This document shows positions 26,502 through 34,803 of a DNA stretch of 45,822 nucleotides, one piece after another. The number at the start of each line of letters is the position of its first letter. The first letter of the stretch is position 1. Made by a program: the position numbers and the translations under genes. The stretch lies in contig CAIMCX010000039.1 of the NCBI GenBank assembly GCA_903839615.1, forward strand, positions 1 to 45,822, given 5' to 3'. The notes below the pieces were generated by a model. That model had not been told where the DNA came from, made no database searches, and was given only the letters and a program-made list of their open reading frames with translations. This stretch comes from an uncultured bacterium (GTDB lineage: Bacteria; Bipolaricaulota; Bipolaricaulia; UBA7950; UBA9294).

Positions 26502-27821
26502 CTAGGGCTTGGCAAGGACGTCGGTGAAAGCATCCTCGAGAATGTCCATTCCCTCGTCAATCTGTTCGTCGGTGATGACGAACGAGACGAGAACGCGGAG
26601 GACGTTCCCCTGGAGTCCGGCGGTCGGGAAGATGGCTCCGTTTGCCATGGCTGTCTGCGCGATCTTCCCCGTGATCTCTTTGGCTGGTTCCTTCGACACT
26701 CGATCCTTCACGAGCTCGATGGCAACCATGGCTCCGAGTCCCCGGACGTCGCCGACGATGTCGAATCGTTTCGCGAGGCGCTCGAAGCGAGCTTTGATCC
26801 GATCGCCGACGTGGGACGCCCTGTCGAGCAGCTTTTCCTTGTCGAGGGTCCGGATGACTTCGATGGCGGCGCGGCAGGCGAGTGGGTTTCCGGCGTACGT
26901 GCCGCCGATCGCGCTAGGGATCGGCGCGTCCATGACCTTCGCGCGGCCGACGACGCCGGACAGCGGCAGGCCGGATGCGAGGGATTTCGCAACGCAGACG
27001 AGATCGGGCTCCGCTCCGAAGTGCTCGAACGCGAAGAACTTGCCTGTGCGTCCGATGCCTGACTGCACTTCGTCGAACGCGAGGACAAAACCGTACCTGT
27101 CGGCGAGCGTTCGCAGGAAGGGCAAGAACCATGCCGGCGGCACGAGGAAGCCTCCCTCTCCGATCACCGGCTCGACCACCATGACGGCGACCTCCGTCGG
27201 ATCGACGAGCGACAGAAGCGTCGACTCGATCTCCTCCGGCGTGACGCGCTTGCGATACTCGTACGGGTACGGGAGGCGGTACACATCGGACGCGAACGGT
27301 CCGAATCCCGTCTTGTAGGGCTTCGCCTTGTGCGTCATCGTCATCGTCAGGAGCGTGCGCCCGTGAAACGCATTCTCAAACACGAGGACGGACTTCCGCT
27401 TCGTGTAGGCCCGCGCGATCTTCACGGCGTTCTCGACTGCTTCGGCTCCGCTGTTGAAGAAGGCGGCCTTCTTCTCACCCGAGATCGCCGTGTGCGCGCA
27501 GAGGGCCTCGGCCAGCTCGACGAGCGGCGCGTACGGCACCGCGGTGAAGTCGGTATGGAGGAAATGGTCGATCTGATCATGCAGCGCGGCGACGATCCGC
27601 TCGTGGCGCTGGCCGACGGCGAGGCAACCCCAGCCGCCCGAGAAGTCGATGAACCTATTGCCATCAAGATCCTCGATGATGGCACCTTCGCTCGATCGGA
27701 TGATGAACGGTGCGTACGCCTCGAGTGGCGCCGCAACGTACTTCGCCTTCTTGGCGAGCACGACGGCGGACTTCGGTCCGGGAAGCGCGGTCAGGATCCG
27801 GGTCGACTTACGTTCTACCAT
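26502..27821 (-). CDS. Class-III PLP aminotransferase (4-aminobutyrate/ornithine aminotransferase-like)
   Basis: DLDGNRFIDFSGGWGCLAVGQRH, FFNSGAEAVENAVKIAR, FDEVQSGIGRTGKFFA, VCVAKSLASGLPLSGV (PLP Lys). ATG 27821 lies behind GGAGGAGG. Confidence 0.85.
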   Translation of the reverse strand: MVERKSTRILTALPGPKSAVVLAKKAKYVAAPLEAYAPFIIRSSEGAIIEDLDGNRFIDFSGGWGCLAVGQRHERIVAALHDQIDHFLHTDFTAVPYAPLVELAEALCAHTAISGEKKAAFFNSGAEAVENAVKIARAYTKRKSVLVFENAFHGRTLLTMTMTHKAKPYKTGFGPFASDVYRLPYPYEYRKRVTPEEIESTLLSLVDPTEVAVMVVEPVIGEGGFLVPPAWFLPFLRTLADRYGFVLAFDEVQSGIGRTGKFFAFEHFGAEPDLVCVAKSLASGLPLSGVVGRAKVMDAPIPSAIGGTYAGNPLACRAAIEVIRTLDKEKLLDRASHVGDRIKARFERLAKRFDIVGDVRGLGAMVAIELVKDRVSKEPAKEITGKIAQTAMANGAIFPTAGLQGNVLRVLVSFVITDEQIDEGMDILEDAFTDVLAKP

Positions 27822-27885
27822 GGGGCCCTCCTCCACTCTGGTGCGGTGGGATCGTAACGAAAACGCGGTGGGCACTCCACAGCGA

Positions 27886-28734
27886 TCACTCCGCCACGAA
27901 GACTCGTCCCGGTGGGACCAGGGTGACGCGGCAGTCGAGGCCGCTGAAGTGGCCGCCGGCGGCCTCGATTTCCTTCACCTTGGCCTTGTAGCGGCTCGAG
28001 ATGTGGAAGCAGATGAGTTCCTTCTTCACCCGCGCATCGCGTGCCACCTGAAGAGCTTCGGCGAGCGTCGCATGCTTGTACTCCTTGCGATCCTCTTCGT
28101 CGAGAAACGTCGTATCGTGGCAGAGGACCTCGGTGTCCGCGACGTAGGCCGCTTTCAGCGGGACGGAGTCTCCTCCGTACGAGAAGAGCTTCTGCTCGTA
28201 GTGTTCGGTGACTGCCTCCTTCCCCTCGGCCCGCACGATCGCCACGATCTCCTCTTGGCTCTTCCCGGCGAGTCTTGGCTTCAGGCGGTGGCGAAGTTCC
28301 ACGATGTTGAACCCGAGCGATTTCTCGTTGTGGACGTGGACCGTTGGGAATGCCTCCACGTAGCGGGGCGTCGCGCCTCCCTCCAGGGGAACGCGATCTC
28401 CCGGTGCCATGGGCACCCACTCGAGGTCGTAGGTCAGTCGGCGATTCGTGCGCGCGAGAAACGCCATCATCTCCGTCACGAGGTAGTTGTCCTTCGGGTA
28501 GTAGATGGACAGTTCCTTCTCTTTGTCTCCCATGGCGTGGTTGCGGATGTTGACGAGGCCGACGAGGCCGGCCACGTGGTCGGCGTGTCCGTGGGAGACG
28601 AACACCCTCCGGATAGCGAAGGCCTTGTTTCCGAGGATGGAGCTTGCGCCCTCTCCGGCGTCGAAGAGAATCCGGTCCGGGCTGTAGTAGAGCCAGCTCG
28701 AGTAGAGAGCCTTCGAGTACATCAAGATGCGCAT
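27886..28734 (-). CDS. MBL-fold metallo-hydrolase (RNase Z/BN-like)
   Basis: VFVSHGHADHVAGL (HxHxDH). 282 aa from ATG 28734. The 202 upstream codons of the track ORF are antisense to serS and were discarded. Confidence 0.8.
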   Translation of the reverse strand: MRILMYSKALYSSWLYYSPDRILFDAGEGASSILGNKAFAIRRVFVSHGHADHVAGLVGLVNIRNHAMGDKEKELSIYYPKDNYLVTEMMAFLARTNRRLTYDLEWVPMAPGDRVPLEGGATPRYVEAFPTVHVHNEKSLGFNIVELRHRLKPRLAGKSQEEIVAIVRAEGKEAVTEHYEQKLFSYGGDSVPLKAAYVADTEVLCHDTTFLDEEDRKEYKHATLAEALQVARDARVKKELICFHISSRYKAKVKEIEAAGGHFSGLDCRVTLVPPGRVFVAE

Positions 28735-28939
28735 GCTGCGAGCCTCCCGGGCCTGACCACACGCCGCAGGACAACCCGCGGCGCATCGAGCGACTGCTTG
28801 CCGCAAGACTCCCTGCGGGGCGTCATTATACCCAGCCGCGGCAGAGCGCGAAACCAGGCAGGAAGGCCCATCGCGGGCCAAGGTTTGCCGGACGCCGAGG
28901 CGTCTCCTAGAATCGAAGGGCGAAACGGAGGCCGGGACG

Positions 28940-30199
28940 ATGCTCGACATACGTGAGTTACGGGAACACCCACGGGAAATGGAGGCGCGCCTCAAGACGC
29001 GCGATCCGTCCATCAGCCTTGCGCCCCTCTTCGAGCTTGACGACGCGCGGCGGAAGCTGATCAGCGAGGTCGAAGAGCTGAAGGCGGAGAAGAACCGTGG
29101 GTCGCTGGAAGTCGCGGCCCGCAAGAAGGCCGGGAGGTCGGCCGACGATCTCCTCGGCCGGCTGGGTGAGATCTCGACCCGGGCCTCGAAGCTGGACGAG
29201 GACCTGCGGAACACCGAGCGGCGGATGGATGACCTCGTCAGTCGCCTGCCGAACCTCCCGCACTCGTCCGTTCCTGTGGGCACGAAGGACGAGAAGGTGA
29301 TTCTCCGCACGTTCGGAGAGCGGCGCGACCCCGGGTTCACCGTCCGCCATCACCTCGAGATCGGCGAGGAGAAGGGCCTCCTCGATTTCCGTCGGGCTGC
29401 GGCGATTGCCGGCGCGAAGTTCCCGATGTACGTTGGACGCGGGGCGTTGCTCGAGTTCGCGCTCATCCAGTTCATGATCGCGCACCACGCGCGGCGCGGG
29501 TACACGCCGGTCTTTCCGCCGTTCGTTGCAAATGCCGAGAGCTTCTACGTTTCGTCGCAGTTCCCGAAGTTCGCTGACGAGGTGTACGCGATCGAGAAAG
29601 ACGGTCTCTTCCTGAACCCGACGGCCGAGAGCCTGCTTGTGAACTTGCATCGCGGCGAGACGCTTGCTCTCGAAGAGCTCCCGAAGAAGTATGTGGCGTA
29701 CACTCCGTGCTTCCGACGCGAGGCGGGTGGCTACGGCGAAGGAGAGCGCGGACTCATCCGCATTCACCAGTTCAACAAGGTCGAGTTGTTCAAGTTCACG
29801 ACGCCGGAGACGTCGTACGCGGAGCAAGACAGTCTGATCGAGGACGCCGAGTCGGTCCTTCAGGCGCTGGGAATGCACTACCGCGTCGCGCTCCTGACCA
29901 CGGAGGACATGGCGCAGCAGGCGACAAAGACCGTCGATCTCGAGGTCTACCTGCCCGGGCAGGGTCGGTACTACGAGGTGTCGTCGTGCTCGAACTGCGA
30001 GACCTTCCAAGCGCGGCGGGGCAACATCCGCTATCGCCCGACGCCGAAGGATAAACCCGTCTTCGTGCACACGTTGAACGGGTCCGGAGTCGCGACGTCG
30101 CGACTCATGGCGGCTATCCTCGAGAACAACCAACGCAAAGACGGGACGATCGAGGTCCCGGAGCCGCTGCGATCGTTCGTCGGGTGCGACACGCTATGA
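28940..30199 (+). CDS. serS: Seryl-tRNA synthetase
   Basis: MLDIRELRE N-terminal coiled coil. Class-II motifs (FRREAG.YG...GLIRIHQF, GSGVATSRLMAAILENNQ). Confidence 0.95.
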   Translation: MLDIRELREHPREMEARLKTRDPSISLAPLFELDDARRKLISEVEELKAEKNRGSLEVAARKKAGRSADDLLGRLGEISTRASKLDEDLRNTERRMDDLVSRLPNLPHSSVPVGTKDEKVILRTFGERRDPGFTVRHHLEIGEEKGLLDFRRAAAIAGAKFPMYVGRGALLEFALIQFMIAHHARRGYTPVFPPFVANAESFYVSSQFPKFADEVYAIEKDGLFLNPTAESLLVNLHRGETLALEELPKKYVAYTPCFRREAGGYGEGERGLIRIHQFNKVELFKFTTPETSYAEQDSLIEDAESVLQALGMHYRVALLTTEDMAQQATKTVDLEVYLPGQGRYYEVSSCSNCETFQARRGNIRYRPTPKDKPVFVHTLNGSGVATSRLMAAILENNQRKDGTIEVPEPLRSFVGCDTL

Positions 30200-30948
30200 C
30201 CGACGTCTTGGTCCAGGTGCGGGATTTGACGAAGGAGTTTCGGACGCGCCGCGGCGTCCTGCGGGCCGTCGACGACGTGTCGTTCGACTGCCGCGCGGGA
30301 GAAGTGTTCGGCCTGCTCGGTCCGAATGGCGCGGGCAAGACAACGACCCTGCGAATGCTTGCCACGATCCTCACGCCGACATCGGGCAGCGTGACGATTG
30401 CGGGATTCGACACCCGCAAGGATCCCGATCGCGTGCGAGAACGGATCGGCTTTCTCGCGACGGAGACTGGGCTGTACGACCGTTTCACCGCGCGCGAAAC
30501 GCTCCGGTTCTTCGGGCGGATCAGCGGGCTTTCCGATGCGGCGATCGCCAAGCGGGCGGGCGAGGTGTTCGAGATGCTCCAGATGACGGCGCTCGCCGAC
30601 CGACGGGTCAGCACGTTCTCCACGGGCGAGAAGCAGAAGCTGTCCTTGGCGCGGAGCATCATCCACGACCCCGCGGTGCTGATCCTCGACGAGCCCACGT
30701 TCGGACTCGACATCATGGCCGCGCGCAGTGTGGAAGAAACGGTTGCCCTGTTTCGCGAGCAGGGGCGGACCATTCTGCTTTCGACGCACGTGATGCGCTT
30801 GGCGGAGAAGCTCTGCGATCGCGTCGCCATTCTCTATCGGGGCCGGATCCACGCGTTTGGAACCCAAAAAGAACTCGCGGCAGTCTACGGGAAGGAAGAT
30901 CTGGAGGACGTTTTCTTCGAAGCGGTGGGACGCGAGGCGATGGCCTAG
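30196..30948 (+). CDS. ABC transporter ATP-binding protein (ABC-2 / NatA-NosF-like)
   Basis: GLLGPNGAGKTTTLRML (Walker A), FSTGEKQKLSLARS (signature), LILDEPTFGLD (Walker B). ATG 30196 overlaps the serS stop (ATGA). Confidence 0.9.
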   Translation: MTDVLVQVRDLTKEFRTRRGVLRAVDDVSFDCRAGEVFGLLGPNGAGKTTTLRMLATILTPTSGSVTIAGFDTRKDPDRVRERIGFLATETGLYDRFTARETLRFFGRISGLSDAAIAKRAGEVFEMLQMTALADRRVSTFSTGEKQKLSLARSIIHDPAVLILDEPTFGLDIMAARSVEETVALFREQGRTILLSTHVMRLAEKLCDRVAILYRGRIHAFGTQKELAAVYGKEDLEDVFFEAVGREAMA

Positions 30949-31010
30949 GGGTTCCCTTGGGGCCCGCCTCGTGGTATCCTGACCCGCTCGGCAAGCTCAA
31001 GGAGGCAATC

Positions 31011-32651
31011 ATGGGCAGGAAGGTCGTATGGGCGATGGCGCTCGTCGTGGTCGCCGTCGTATCGGCCGGCCTGGTGGGGGGGCAGGTCGGTGGGTTCCTA
31101 TGGTGGGGGACTCACGAGCCAATCTACATCTACGGTGACGGCGATTTCACGTACTCAAACGGTGTGATGTCGGGAAGCGGCACGTCGTCCGATCCCTACA
31201 TCATCGAGGGGTGGAGCATCACACCGGCGAACGCCGACTACGGGATCTACGTCGATCACACGGCGAGCTACTTCGTGATTCGCGACTGCGTCATCGAAGG
31301 CGCGCGGGTCGCCGGCGTCTACTTCAACTCCGTCGAGAACGGCCGCGTGGAGAAGGTTCAGATCACGAGATCGGACACCGCCATCTATCTGCTCAACTCG
31401 GTGGACAACCACATCGGAGAGAGCGTCATCAGCGACTGCCGTTACGGCGTCGTCATGGCCGCCCAGTCGCAGGAGAACGTCATCGCGGGGAACAGCTTCC
31501 TCGACAACGGACTCGCCGGGTACGACCCGCAGGGCTGGAACACGTGGTACGATGGGAAGAGCGGCAACTACTGGAGCGACTACACGGGCGCCGACCAGAA
31601 CAAGGACGGGATCGGCGATGAGCCGTACTACCCGCTCGGCGATCTGCATCCGCTGATCAAGTCGCCCGTCGATCTGACTGACGTATCGCCCGCGGGGCCG
31701 AGCTACGCCGGAAATCTCGTGGCTCCCGACGGATCGCTCGTCGTGACGTCACAGACGCCGGTCACTCTGTCTGCAGCCGATCCGGGCAGCGGACTCGCCG
31801 AGATCAAGTACTCGATCGACGGAGTGACGTGGACTACGTACATCTCCCCGATCCTGCTCAAGGGTGACGACGGGCCGCGCAAGATCACGTACTATGGAAT
31901 CGACAGGTTGGGGAACGCAGAGCCGAAGAAGACGGTCTGCTTCTTGCTCGACAATCACGCCCCGCTGACGGTCATGGACATCGGCGATCCCAAGTACACC
32001 GACTCTCGTGGCACGTGGATCACCTCGTCGACGAAGATCACCCTGCGGCGTACGCAGGAGTCAACCTACGGCCGAACCGAGACCTACTACCGGATCAACG
32101 ACGGTGCATGGCTCAGGTACATGTTGCCGTTCCGAATGACCGGCGAGGACGGTGCGCGGTCGATCTCGTTCTACAGCCGGAACGCGTCCGGCGTCGTTGA
32201 GGCGGCACAGACTAAGGTCCTGCTGAAAGACGACGCGCCGCCGACGAGCCGCGGCGCGAAGGCCGGAGCGCCGACCGGAGTCACCACGGGGGCCGCGGCG
32301 CCGAGCACGACGACGGCATCGGCGGCGCCGAGCACGACGACCGCGTCGGTGGGAACGACCGCATCGACCACGAAACCCGTGACGGCGGTTCCTCCGACGG
32401 CGACGGCCACGACGACCCCCGCGGCGTCAACGCCTCCTTCCACGACGGCATCCACCGGCTCGAGTTCGACGCCGGCCAGCACGCCTTCGACAGCATCCGG
32501 AGGCACGGACGGAACGACGCAACTCTCTGGAGCGGCGCTCGGCCAGACCGGTGCGGCCGCCAGTCCTGTGTCGCAGACCGAATCGACGGTCGTGCCTCCC
32601 GCTGTGACTCCGTCCGGCGTGCAGACGCCGTCTGGGACGACGTCAAAGTAG
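31011..32651 (+). CDS. Membrane-anchored NosD-like right-handed beta-helix protein with two Ig-like modules and a Thr/Ser/Ala/Pro-rich tail
   Basis: ATG behind AAGGAGG. TM helix. Parallel beta-helix repeats (...IRDCVIEG..., ...ITRSDTAIYL..., ...ISDCRYGVVM...). NosD-type terminal motif GNYWSDYTGADQNKDGIGDEPYYP. Two IKYSIDG/YYRINDG Ig-like modules. Low-complexity tail from about 32230. Confidence 0.75.
   Translation: MGRKVVWAMALVVVAVVSAGLVGGQVGGFLWWGTHEPIYIYGDGDFTYSNGVMSGSGTSSDPYIIEGWSITPANADYGIYVDHTASYFVIRDCVIEGARVAGVYFNSVENGRVEKVQITRSDTAIYLLNSVDNHIGESVISDCRYGVVMAAQSQENVIAGNSFLDNGLAGYDPQGWNTWYDGKSGNYWSDYTGADQNKDGIGDEPYYPLGDLHPLIKSPVDLTDVSPAGPSYAGNLVAPDGSLVVTSQTPVTLSAADPGSGLAEIKYSIDGVTWTTYISPILLKGDDGPRKITYYGIDRLGNAEPKKTVCFLLDNHAPLTVMDIGDPKYTDSRGTWITSSTKITLRRTQESTYGRTETYYRINDGAWLRYMLPFRMTGEDGARSISFYSRNASGVVEAAQTKVLLKDDAPPTSRGAKAGAPTGVTTGAAAPSTTTASAAPSTTTASVGTTASTTKPVTAVPPTATATTTPAASTPPSTTASTGSSSTPASTPSTASGGTDGTTQLSGAALGQTGAAASPVSQTESTVVPPAVTPSGVQTPSGTTSK
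32295..32348 (+). repeat. 27-nt tandem duplication inside the low-complexity tail (encodes AAPSTTTAS twice)
   Basis: 32295-32321 and 32322-32348 are identical at 25 of 27 positions. Confidence 0.85.
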
Positions 32652-32661
32652 CGGCGCGGCG

Positions 32662-33861
32662 ATGATGAAGAACGTTCGCCTCCTGTTCGCCAAGGAGCTC
32701 CTTGGCGCGATCCGGGACCGGCGAACGTTCTTCTTGACGGTCATCTTTCCCCTCATCTTCTACCCGTTGGTCGTCTCGGTCATGTCGCGCTTCGGAGAGT
32801 CGGAACGCGTGCGCGTTGAGACGATCGTGCCGGTGGTGCTCGTCGTCGACAGCTCGAACGACACGACGTTTGCCCGCGAGCTGTCCCAGGCGACCGGGCT
32901 TCGCGTGATTCCGTATCCCGATGTCGACCGCGCGGTCGACGCACTTCGGCACGACGCCGGACATCTCGTGATGGCCGTTGGCAAAGGGGCCGGAGGTGAG
33001 GGGCTCGGGCTCGCGGTAACGCTCTACTACGACCAGACGAACCAGCTTTCGGCGATCTCCGCTGCGGCGGTCCGCCGATTCCTCGAGAGCTACTTGAAGG
33101 ACGTGGTGACCGCGAAGCTCGAAGCGCTTGGGTACAGCTACTCGGACCTCTCTCCTCCGCTTGTCGTGAAGACGCAGGACGTGGCCACCGGAGAGTCGTT
33201 CGGCCGGCTCTTCCTGAGCCGGCTCTTGCCCTACTTCATGGTCCTCGCCGTGCTCACCGGCGCGATGGGCCTCGGAGCGGAGATCACGGCGGGAGAGAAG
33301 GAGCGGAGCACGATCGCTACGCTCCTGGTCAGCCACCTCTCCCGAACGGAGATCGTGCTCGGGAAGTTCCTCACGGTCCTCACGGTCTCGCTTGCATCGT
33401 GCGTTCTCTCAGCGCTCGGCCTTCTCATCGGAGTGCGCGCATTCGGCGGCGGCCTCACTCCGTCGTCTCTGCCCACCTCGGCTGTGTTCCGGTTGGATGC
33501 GGCGGCGTTCGGGTGGATGCTGGCCGTGCTCGTCCCGCTCGCCGTGATCCTCGCAGCATTGGTCATCATTGTCGGGACCTACGCGCGCAGTCAGAAGGAG
33601 GCGTCCACGTACCTCCTGCCGATCTACATGGTGATCGTCCTCGTAGGGATGGTGTCAATGACCGGCACGGCGACGTTCCGCGGCGCCCAGTTCCTCATTC
33701 CGGTGGCCAACGCGCTGTACGTGCTCCAATCAGTGATCGTGGGTGACATCGTGTTCCGCGACATCGTGCTCACGCTCGCAGCCAACGTGTTCTGCGGTGC
33801 AGTTCTCATTGCGCTTGCGATCCAGCTGTTCAAGCGCGAGGCTGTCCTCTTCCGTTCGTAG
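32662..33861 (+). CDS. ABC-2 type transporter permease (NatB-like, with a large extracytoplasmic loop after TM1)
   Basis: LLFAKELLGAIRDRRTFFLTVIFPLIFYPLV, then a loop of about 150 aa, then 5 hydrophobic helices. Follows the ATPase and the NosD-like gene. Confidence 0.8.
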   Translation: MMKNVRLLFAKELLGAIRDRRTFFLTVIFPLIFYPLVVSVMSRFGESERVRVETIVPVVLVVDSSNDTTFARELSQATGLRVIPYPDVDRAVDALRHDAGHLVMAVGKGAGGEGLGLAVTLYYDQTNQLSAISAAAVRRFLESYLKDVVTAKLEALGYSYSDLSPPLVVKTQDVATGESFGRLFLSRLLPYFMVLAVLTGAMGLGAEITAGEKERSTIATLLVSHLSRTEIVLGKFLTVLTVSLASCVLSALGLLIGVRAFGGGLTPSSLPTSAVFRLDAAAFGWMLAVLVPLAVILAALVIIVGTYARSQKEASTYLLPIYMVIVLVGMVSMTGTATFRGAQFLIPVANALYVLQSVIVGDIVFRDIVLTLAANVFCGAVLIALAIQLFKREAVLFRS

Positions 33862-33931
33862 GTGGACAGCTTGGGAGAAGCTCATTGGGGGGCTGCTTCT
33901 CCTCGCGGTGCTGTTCCGCTCCTGAGCGACG

Positions 33932-33969
33932 GTCCGTAGTCCGTAGTCCGTAGTCCGTGGTCCGGAGTC
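33932..33969. repeat. Tandem heptamer array A (GTCCGTA x3, GTCCGTG, GTCCGGA, GTC)
   Basis: Read directly from the sequence in the intergenic region between the permease and smpB. Confidence 0.9.
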
Positions 33970-34083
33970 AGAGGACTCGTCTGCCGACCGGTCGCACTGC
34001 GGCGGCTTCGGAGACAGCCGGCGCAGGGTTGCGAAGTGCATTCCGGGACGCCAAGTCCGGCATGCTGGGTGAAAGAAGCTTCC

Positions 34084-34115
34084 GACCACGGACTACGGAC
34101 ACCGGACCGTGGACT
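34084..34115. repeat. Tandem heptamer array B, inverted relative to array A (reverse complement: GTCCACG GTCCGGT GTCCGTA GTCCGTG GTC)
   Basis: 34084-34100 is the exact reverse complement of 33946-33962 (17 nt). The flanking units are imperfect copies. Confidence 0.9.
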
Positions 34116-34125
34116 CTGGCGTGAG

Positions 34126-34590
34126 CTAGGTGCGTTCGCCGCGGGAGAAGCGTTTCATCGCGTCTTGCACCTTTCGCTTCTCGTCTGCTTCACGGAGTGT
34201 GCGGCGCTTGTCGAAGAGCTTCTTCCCTTTGGCGAGGCCGAGCTCAAGCTTGGCATGGCCGCGAAGGAAGTAGAGCTTGAGGGGAACGAGTGTGTAGCCG
34301 CGCTCTCTGAGTTTGGTCGAGAGACGACGCAATTCCTGGTGATGAAGAAGGAGCTTGCGGTCGCGCACGGGGTCGACGTTCGAAGACGAGCCTTCCTGGT
34401 ACGGCGCGATGTGGACTCCCCTTAGGATCGCCTCCCCGTCGCGAACGATCGCGTAACCCTCCTGCAGAGAGCAGTGGCCGGCACGAAGGCTCTTCACCTC
34501 CGTTCCGGTGAGCACGATGCCGGCCTCGATCGTGTCCTCGATCGAATACTCGTGCCGGGCTTTGCGGTTCGTTGCGATGGGTTCGGCCAT
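34126..34590 (-). CDS. smpB: SsrA-binding protein SmpB
   Basis: IATNRKARHEYSIEDTIEAGIVLTGTEVKSLR....L.....I....E..L.G.HI.PY...........R.RKLLLH..E.. Confidence 0.95.
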   Translation of the reverse strand: MAEPIATNRKARHEYSIEDTIEAGIVLTGTEVKSLRAGHCSLQEGYAIVRDGEAILRGVHIAPYQEGSSSNVDPVRDRKLLLHHQELRRLSTKLRERGYTLVPLKLYFLRGHAKLELGLAKGKKLFDKRRTLREADEKRKVQDAMKRFSRGERT

Positions 34591-34803
34591 GGCACAAGGC
34601 TACCGAGCCGTTTTCGGACGTGCAAGTGAGAGTTGCCGCTGCTGCGGCCCAGCCGGGACAAGCGTCCCATTCGAAGGCGACAGAGACGCAGAGAGGCACG
34701 GACGCGACGCTCGCTTTGTTCCTCATCCCATCTCTATACTGGCCCCGGAGCGTTTAGCGGAATGATGATGTTCCTTCCTAGAGATCTGCACAGGAGGACG
34801 AGA

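Noticed and set aside
28735-28939. T-box leader upstream of serS.
   Set aside because: There is no conserved T-box sequence (AATTAGGGTGGTACCGCG-like) or specifier/antiterminator architecture. The region is a short divergent promoter region shared with the MBL hydrolase gene.
28735-29340. N-terminal extensions of several track ORFs: the MBL hydrolase to 29340, ribF to 8388, phoH to 20273, OFOR gamma to 4048, the PKD protein from 34633, HAD from 43350, nitroreductase from 13229 and HU to 26339.
   Set aside because: The homologous protein begins at an internal start with a good SD or stop-start overlap. The extensions overlap neighbouring genes or promoters and look non-protein-like.
30196-33861. 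Calling the ABC/beta-helix module a bona fide nos (N2O reductase) cluster.
   Set aside because: No nosZ, nosR, nosL or Tat-signal copper protein is in the window. The permease is NatB-like rather than a short NosY. Only 'NosDFY-like' is justified.
33932-34115. The heptamer repeats as a CRISPR array or minisatellite.
   Set aside because: The units are 7 nt and directly abutting, with no spacers. The two arrays are inverted relative to each other, and no cas genes are present.
33862-34125. Expected tmRNA (ssrA) next to smpB.
   Set aside because: The gap is only 264 nt. It has no tRNA-like acceptor/T-arm (no GGTTCGA-type T-loop, no GGGG...CCACCA ends) and no plausible tag reading frame. The region upstream of smpB (34591-34803) also lacks these features.
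34036-34425. 129-aa plus-strand ORF starting inside the repeat-flanked core.
   Set aside because: Most of it runs antisense through smpB. It has no SD or family signal and is treated as a shadow ORF.
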